A stretch of 64,000 bases of DNA, taken from Planctomycetota bacterium. Lineage in GTDB: Bacteria > Planctomycetota > GCA-002687715. Under the pieces are notes generated by a model, which ran no database searches, was not told the DNA's origin, and saw only the letters and a list, made by a program, of their open reading frames with translations. This document shows positions 58,201 to 64,000 of this stretch, in pieces. Position 1 is the first letter of the stretch. Every line of letters starts with the position of its first letter. The stretch lies in contig SIAO01000007.1 in the NCBI GenBank assembly GCA_009691765.1, positions 5,348-69,347 of the forward strand, given 5' to 3'. The translations under genes and the position numbers were made by a program.

Positions 58201-59102
58201 GACGCAAGCATGACCAACGTGTTGTCAGCCACACCACACTCATCGAGCGTCGTAAGAATTGCGCCCACCGAAGCGTCGAGTTCGGCGAGGACGTCCGCAT
58301 AAAGACCACGGCCAGTGCTGCCACGGAACGCGGCCGACGCCGCGAGCGGCGTGTGCGGCATCGGATGCGGCAAGTAGACGCAGAAAGGCACGTCTTTCTT
58401 GCGACGAATGAAATCGCAGGCACGGGCAGTGAAGATCCCCGTGAGTTCTTCGAAAGGTGGATCGGTGCGCGCAATGCGAGTGCCATCCCACAGCGGCAAT
58501 GGCGCGAATCGTCCTGCAGCGTAGGGCGATGCCGGCGCCATGTCGTGCGAATAGGGAATGCCACAGTACTCATCGAAGCCATGTTGCGACGGATGGAATG
58601 ACGCCGTGTGGCCCAGATGCCATTTGCCAAACACAGCCGTCGCGTAGCCGCGCGATTGCAGCACTTCGGCGAAGGTCAATGCGGCATCGGGCAATCCGTT
58701 CCGTGCATCGGGAAACAAGGCGCCGCGAACACCGAGGCGATGCGGCAAACGGCCCGTGAGATAGGCAGCTCGCGATGCGCTGCACACAGGCTGCGCCACG
58801 TAGAACGCCTCAGCGCGCAGGCCCTGCAGAGCCAGACCATCGATGCACGGCGTGGCATTTGCGCTGCCGTAACAGCCGAGATCGCCCCACCCCATGTCAT
58901 CGAAAAGAATGAACACCACATTCGGAAGCGTGTCGTCAACCCGGGTGCTGTCAATCGTCCTTGGAGCCTGCGCCGCGACGAAGCCACACAGCGCCACCAA
59001 CAGCAGCCAGCAACACGAGCTCTGGCGCGCACGCATCGGCGCGAGCAATGAGGTCACATCAACGTACGTGAGGCAAAGCGCTGCGCGCCGAATTTCGGGC
59101 AT
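55281..59102 (-). CDS. 1273-aa secreted multidomain hydrolase: N-terminal sulfatase domain fused to a C-terminal PhoD-like metallophosphatase domain.
   Basis: N-terminus has PNVVFILFDDMGWGDLGCYG and PVCSASRAAYLTGR (the sulfatase C-x-A-x-R formylglycine motif). C-terminus has GDQIYEGD, DDHDVYQGNVWG and GDQHLGTL (PhoD/calcineurin-like metallophosphatase motifs). GGAG lies 8 nt upstream of the ATG at 59102; a more typical signal peptide begins at the internal Met at 59036. Confidence 0.8.
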   Translation of the reverse strand: MPEIRRAALCLTYVDVTSLLAPMRARQSSCCWLLLVALCGFVAAQAPRTIDSTRVDDTLPNVVFILFDDMGWGDLGCYGSANATPCIDGLALQGLRAEAFYVAQPVCSASRAAYLTGRLPHRLGVRGALFPDARNGLPDAALTFAEVLQSRGYATAVFGKWHLGHTASFHPSQHGFDEYCGIPYSHDMAPASPYAAGRFAPLPLWDGTRIARTDPPFEELTGIFTARACDFIRRKKDVPFCVYLPHPMPHTPLAASAAFRGSTGRGLYADVLAELDASVGAILTTLDECGVADNTLVMLASDNGPWLQMGTHSGSAGPLREGKGTTFDGGVRVPFIARWPGHIPEGTVCHTPFGAVDLCPTLAQIAGVQLDVEKLDGRSALPLLLNPTRADSPSDSYAFYYDGPKFRSLRRGAWKLHVPHESRSLEGVGKAGVDGMPGTYGTQQVGLELYKIESDVGERQQVQAAHPDVVRELQAVVAANLARDRALAQRIEHTWAGPQWCPSRLQDWSRVGTELRCTNAKLPFRTLHQLVTRVVANGALAEPLYFETQLRWSQGAAESACAGFIFGVGNEHIDVRISALVQQAPGLDGGMLAVLCADGSLQLLDFSTAIRAASRALPTDVRLSELTCLARTLPGVVPAALMKASSIRLRVKVTSEADGHFSVQCSAHYGAVEIAATTPVSLARSFIDGGYGLVAQHGGSEAFAFSGTKAFSQDKGWLHSERTHEFGPIFGSLHSIERTEAGAHLLRMSVQLAPLPAAAWGRFGLDLRVAKGDAWQEVALAVPEPVSNTLVFPAVSVPSSVGVEWRVRGTWLAEENMFWACERSGMLRAPPALDREARAVLLSCVNNMTVTGAWNHHGVWFPHQEIVQHVLAHDPDLVIFGGDQIYEGDVSAPERGEQALLDLQTRWMRFHWAFGDILRDRPAIVTPDDHDVYQGNVWGAGGFRTKLNLGTDPARTVKGPDAGGFVMGREFVNASYRMQTAHMPPTVVPTPLSSGVNPWTTRLVWGPFDCAILSDRLWKDSATVHVPAGDVRNGFFHALEFDPRNSDAPLARLLGAEQEAFLEQWATKRIEGSPARFVISQSPFVAAHTLPKGKTDDVVPSLPVLAPNEWPADDEPSADTDTNGWPMTARSRAVKLVQAAGALHLCGDQHLGTLIQYGIDGWRDGPFVFTSPSMANCWPRRWMPTKVPVPTDPAATRGCGDFTDAFGNRFSMMALANPQLTGIEPTALHDRAPGYGIIRLAATTRSISVEAWPRHANPAGAGVPYPGWPVRLN

Positions 59103-59135
59103 GAAGTGGCTCCTGCGCCAGCTTACAGCCCAGTA

Positions 59136-60539
59136 TCAGAGGATGCGTAGTGTGACTGCGCCCGAGGTCCCGATGTATCCAGTGCTTTCGAAGAGCGCCT
59201 GAACATCCACCAGCATGTTGACCAATGATGGGTTGTTGGCGATAGGCACCGGCAAGGTCGCCGAGCCGCTGGCATCCAACGGGATCGGACCGATGGGCGA
59301 CACACCAGCAGCCACGAAGCCGATCATATTGTTGAGTTCGAGGAACAACTGGCAATTGCCACCGAGGGTTGCTGGCAGACGGCCCAATGCTGTTCCGAGG
59401 AACACATAGCCTGATCCTCCAGCCGGACCGTTCATCAGATTCAAACCGAATCCGGTGTTCCCGACGGTTGCAGCGCTATTGGCCACAAGTGCGACATTGG
59501 AACCGCCAGGCCCGAGACAACCAACACCCGTAGCCACCACCGTGGGATTCCATGTCAGGGCATTTACAGGTGGCGTCGCTGCTGTGCCAGTCCCAAGGTT
59601 CGCAGTGTCCAGCACGCCTCTATAATTCGGGCCCACGATGTAGGGATAGGCGTTGTTGCCGTTGGCATCGACGGTCATGTAATAAGCAAAGGTGCCTGCC
59701 GGGAACTCCGGGGTCACCGCAAATCGGCCGTTGAAGGCGTCAAGATCGCCGAGGCCGAGCACATACTCGAAGTCCTCAAGGAAGGTGCCCAAGGGATAGG
59801 TCGTGGATACGGGTGGGCCATACTGCATCGGGAGCAGCACTGTCCCATTCGGCAGAGTCGTGCGCGTGGTGATGTTGCGCAACCGATAACTGCTGACCAT
59901 GCGGCGCACAGCAGCCGTACCAGTCAGATTGCCGTAAGCATGCGGCCCATAAATGGGATAACCATCGAATGCGAATCCAAGAATCGGCGAATGGTGATCG
60001 CCATTGTCATTCAGCTGCAGTGCGAGAGCAGCAGCGCGCTGATGGTTGTGGTATTGGCCCATGGGCGCCGGATGGCCAAGCGCTGAATCGAAGCTCGGCC
60101 CTTCGACAATCACGGCATTGCGAAACCAAACGCCTTGGTTGTTGTAGGAGAATGCGTCCTTCGCATTGAACACCGTGACGCCATTCACGAGCACGCCAAT
60201 CGAACCCAACCCGGTCGCCGCAGGCACGGTAGCCTGCACGGGCACGCGCGGGAGGCGGTACCAACGCAAGGCGTTAGCCGGCACATTCGGATTCGCCGCC
60301 CATGGACCAATGGGGTAGCTCGGGACACCAGTGCACTGCGCGTACACATGCGTCGTGGTGTGACGCACTTGCTGCACGTCAGCGTTGATCACACCGACAA
60401 TGGCTTGGATCGTCGCGCTGGGGCTCGCGCCTTTCAGCCCGTGCAGATTCAAGCGGAAGCTGTTGACGCGCGCATCAACCGTCTGGGCTTGGACGGCGAG
60501 CGATAATGCCAAACAACTCAGAGCGATAACTGTTCGCAT
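59136..60539 (-). CDS. Secreted YHYH-domain protein.
   Basis: Signal peptide MRTVIALSCLALSLAVQAQT. GQYHNHQ...PILGFAFDGYPIYGP matches the YHYH domain motif. It lies 33 bp upstream of the sulfatase-PhoD gene on the same strand. Confidence 0.75.
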   Translation of the reverse strand: MRTVIALSCLALSLAVQAQTVDARVNSFRLNLHGLKGASPSATIQAIVGVINADVQQVRHTTTHVYAQCTGVPSYPIGPWAANPNVPANALRWYRLPRVPVQATVPAATGLGSIGVLVNGVTVFNAKDAFSYNNQGVWFRNAVIVEGPSFDSALGHPAPMGQYHNHQRAAALALQLNDNGDHHSPILGFAFDGYPIYGPHAYGNLTGTAAVRRMVSSYRLRNITTRTTLPNGTVLLPMQYGPPVSTTYPLGTFLEDFEYVLGLGDLDAFNGRFAVTPEFPAGTFAYYMTVDANGNNAYPYIVGPNYRGVLDTANLGTGTAATPPVNALTWNPTVVATGVGCLGPGGSNVALVANSAATVGNTGFGLNLMNGPAGGSGYVFLGTALGRLPATLGGNCQLFLELNNMIGFVAAGVSPIGPIPLDASGSATLPVPIANNPSLVNMLVDVQALFESTGYIGTSGAVTLRIL

Positions 60540-60815
60540 AACGAGACTCCTTGAGCGTGCTCCACCGGCGCAATGCAGTATGCCCCGAACCAAGCTCGCT
60601 GCCCCACTTCAACACACGCAATGTAGAAGAGTTGCGCCCGCCGTGCTCAGCTTTTTTTTGAAAGGCGAAAAGCCCGCAACCAACGAGCGCATGTGCCGCC
60701 TTCGCGCTTGATGCCCAAGCGCCCTCCACCTATCCTGCGCAGCGCTTGCACGGGGGCTGAATTGGATGCAACTTCATGCTCCGCGCGTAGTTCAGCGAAT
60801 CTGAGGAGTGGGGCC

Positions 60816-62123
60816 ATGCAGACACGAGTCGTGAAATCCGAGCCATGCAGTCGCGAGATTGAAGTGACCGTGGCTGAAGAGGCCATCAAAGGGGCCTACC
60901 AGCGCTCCATGAACGAGGCCCGCGCGCAGGTCGCCATTCCTGGCTTCCGTACCGGCAAAGTGCCGCTGAGTGTCATCGAGAAGAAATTCGGGGAGCAGTT
61001 GCGCCACGACGTGCTGCACGACCTCATTCGAGACGGCGTTGATTCTGCAATGAAGGAACACGCTGTCGAAGCCGTGAGCGAACCCCAACTGCTCGATCAA
61101 GAAGAAGGCTCACACCATCACAAGCTGCCCGAAGCAGGGCCCTTCATCTTCAGTTTCAAAGTGGAAGTGAAAGCGGAGTTCGATCTGCCTGAGTACAAAG
61201 GCGTCCAAGTCACGCGCAAGCTCGAACCCGTGACCGACGCCAACGTGGACGAAGTGCTGCAACGCTTGCGTGAGCGCGCCGCGCGCTACGAGCCCGTGGA
61301 AGCTGGCGGCTACATTGCGGGCGATCTCGTCCTCGGCACCCTGACGCTGAAGGCAGGAACCGAGCTGGTCTGCGAGAACCTCGATGTCCAAGCCATCGCG
61401 GAGTATCCCGTGGTGGCACGTGGTGTGCGCCTCGTTGATGCCGACACCGTGTTCGCGGCAGCATTACCCGGGGCCACATTGGAAATCAGCGCCGACATCA
61501 CCGAGACTCATGCGAAACCGGAACTGCGTGGCCAACGCGCGACGGGCCAGTTGCAGGTGACAGCACTACGCCGCAAGAATCAAGCCGAACTCAACGACGC
61601 CCTCGCCAAAGAAATGGGGCAAGAGTCGCTGGAAGCACTTTCCATTGACATCCGTACGCGGCTCGAAGCTGAGCACAAAGTGAAGAGCGAGCGGCAAGTC
61701 ATCACGGACATCTTGGAAACGCTGCTCACGCGCGTGGAAATCCCTGTGGCCAAAAGCCCCATCGACCGCATGATCGAACGTCGGGCGCAAGATCTCGCTC
61801 GCCAGTTGATCCAAGCTGGTGGCGACGCCACGAGTATCCTGAGCAAAGCGCGCGACCAGAGCGAAACGTCACGCGCCGACCTCGAACGCGACACACGGAA
61901 GTGGCTGCTGGTAGAAAAAATTGCGAAGAAAGAGAAGATCTTCTGCCTCGAGGACGACCTCGATGCGATGTACCAACGTGCTGCCGCAGAACACGACACT
62001 ACTCCTACGAAGGCTCGTGAGCACTATGAGAGCCAAGGACTTGTGGCTGAATTGCGCGCTGAAGTCGTCGAGCGGAAGTGCTGTGAATTCCTCAGCGCCA
62101 ACGCCAGAATTGCCGATGGTTGA
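60816..62123 (+). CDS. tig: Trigger factor.
   Basis: GAGGAG RBS. N-terminal ribosome-binding motif AIPGFRTGKVP, followed by FKBP-like and C-terminal domains, 435 aa. Conserved tig-clpP-clpX order. Confidence 0.9.
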   Translation: MQTRVVKSEPCSREIEVTVAEEAIKGAYQRSMNEARAQVAIPGFRTGKVPLSVIEKKFGEQLRHDVLHDLIRDGVDSAMKEHAVEAVSEPQLLDQEEGSHHHKLPEAGPFIFSFKVEVKAEFDLPEYKGVQVTRKLEPVTDANVDEVLQRLRERAARYEPVEAGGYIAGDLVLGTLTLKAGTELVCENLDVQAIAEYPVVARGVRLVDADTVFAAALPGATLEISADITETHAKPELRGQRATGQLQVTALRRKNQAELNDALAKEMGQESLEALSIDIRTRLEAEHKVKSERQVITDILETLLTRVEIPVAKSPIDRMIERRAQDLARQLIQAGGDATSILSKARDQSETSRADLERDTRKWLLVEKIAKKEKIFCLEDDLDAMYQRAAAEHDTTPTKAREHYESQGLVAELRAEVVERKCCEFLSANARIADG

Positions 62124-62203
62124 GCAAGTGAATCAAGTGGCGGGCAAGCGCCTTGCCACCGCGACGTTCCGTTATCAGGAACACAGGAAAAGGGAGAGGG
62201 ACC

Positions 62204-62803
62204 ATGGACGCCAAGGCTGAGTACTACATCCCGTTCGTCATCGAAAAAACTGGCAGGGGCGAACGGCAGTACGACATTTACTCTCGCCTGCTCGAAGATC
62301 GCATCGTCTTCATCGGCACAGAAGTGACCGACGGGCTTGCCAACGCCATCATCGCGCAGCTCTTGTTCCTTGCGAAGGAAAACAAAAGCCAAGACATCAG
62401 TATCTACATCAACAGCCCGGGTGGCTCCGTCACCGCCGGCCTGGCGATCTACGACACCATGCAGTTCCTTCAGTGCCCCATCGCGACCTACTGCATCGGC
62501 CAAGCGGCGAGCATGGGTGCGGTGCTGCTCGCTGGCGGCACCGATGGCAAGCGTCATGCGCTTCCGAACGCACGCATCATGATTCACCAACCTTGGGGTG
62601 GCGCACAAGGCACAGCGTCCGACATCTTGATCCAAGCTGGCGAAATCGAACGCCTGAAGCAGAACTTGAACGGCATCCTCGCCAAGCACTGCAAGCGCGA
62701 GTTGGCGCAAGTCGTGCGCGACACCGACCGCGATTACTTCTTGTCAGCCGAGCAGGCCAAGGACTATGGTCTTGTGGATCACGTCGTGACCATCAAGAAG
62801 TGA
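62204..62803 (+). CDS. clpP: ATP-dependent Clp protease proteolytic subunit.
   Basis: [11 protein letters not shown]...[20 protein letters not shown]...[14 protein letters not shown]...MIHQP matches the Ser-His-Asp catalytic motifs. An AGGAAAAGGGAGAGG RBS precedes the ATG at 62204. Confidence 0.95.
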   Translation: MDAKAEYYIPFVIEKTGRGERQYDIYSRLLEDRIVFIGTEVTDGLANAIIAQLLFLAKENKSQDISIYINSPGGSVTAGLAIYDTMQFLQCPIATYCIGQAASMGAVLLAGGTDGKRHALPNARIMIHQPWGGAQGTASDILIQAGEIERLKQNLNGILAKHCKRELAQVVRDTDRDYFLSAEQAKDYGLVDHVVTIKK

Positions 62804-62806
62804 CCT

Positions 62807-64000
<1,194 letters not shown>

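Noticed and set aside
60652-60659. T8 tract in the yhyh-tig divergent intergenic region; possible terminator or UP element.
   Set aside because: There is no convincing upstream hairpin on either strand. It is probably just an AT-rich promoter-region feature.

Overview
This 64 kb window is high-GC chromosomal DNA from a Gram-negative-type bacterium with many signal-peptide and lipobox proteins. It is densely coding on both strands, and I see no integrase, transposase, phage genes or CRISPR array. Fused SecDF and IspDF genes, together with many secreted peptidases and hydrolases, suggest Acidobacteriota, Planctomycetota, Gemmatimonadota or a similar phylum, but I cannot pin the taxon down. All family assignments below come from reading the six-frame translations against remembered motifs; no database search was possible.

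In order along the window:

- 1-10.2 kb: a cell-envelope glycan cluster. The minus strand carries GT2, a secreted GH3 hydrolase and a secreted protein. The plus strand carries an SDR epimerase, an SxtJ-like small protein, an O-carbamoyltransferase, an SxtK/DUF5989-like 57-aa protein that the ORF track missed, a GT1 transferase and a secreted protein, joined by ATGA/GTGA/TGATG start-stop overlaps.
- 10.3-17.0 kb: a co-directional four-gene operon. It holds an EF-G family GTPase, a RecA/KaiC-like ATPase with a degenerate Walker A motif, an FAD-monooxygenase fused to an Old Yellow Enzyme oxidoreductase, and an RluA pseudouridine synthase fused to a SAM methyltransferase.
- 17.0-20.8 kb: a stand-alone AroQ chorismate mutase, divergent from a long U32 peptidase (a family that includes prephenate-dependent RNA hydroxylases), and a Methyltransf_32-like methyltransferase.
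- 20.9-39.4 kb: mostly housekeeping and secreted proteins. These include mdh, proC, a B12-binding radical SAM protein, the YncE/phosphoesterase fusion, two tandem paralogous secreted proteins that share a near-identical block of about 255 bp, and a decayed methionine gamma-lyase / cystathionine gamma-synthase family pseudogene.
- 39.6 kb: a SelW/Rdx-like gene with an in-frame TGA inside a CxxU motif, so a probable selenoprotein that the ORF track missed.
- 39.8-54.6 kb: ispDF, ruvC, trpS, ribE, trmD-rplS with a terminator, secDF, and LysM and amidase cell-wall proteins.
- 54.8 kb: tRNA-Gly(GCC), followed immediately by two identical 82-bp hairpin-bearing direct repeats.
- 55.3-60.5 kb: a 1273-aa sulfatase fused to a PhoD-like phosphatase, preceded by a YHYH-domain protein.
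- 60.8 kb to the end: tig-clpP-clpX, with clpX running off the window.

The most interesting candidates for something undescribed are the EF-G / ATPase / flavoenzyme / RluA-methyltransferase operon and the adjacent chorismate mutase-U32-methyltransferase neighbourhood, which together look like an RNA-modification and translation locus. Next are the selenoprotein, the sxtIJK-like carbamoylation module, and the tRNA-adjacent hairpin repeats.
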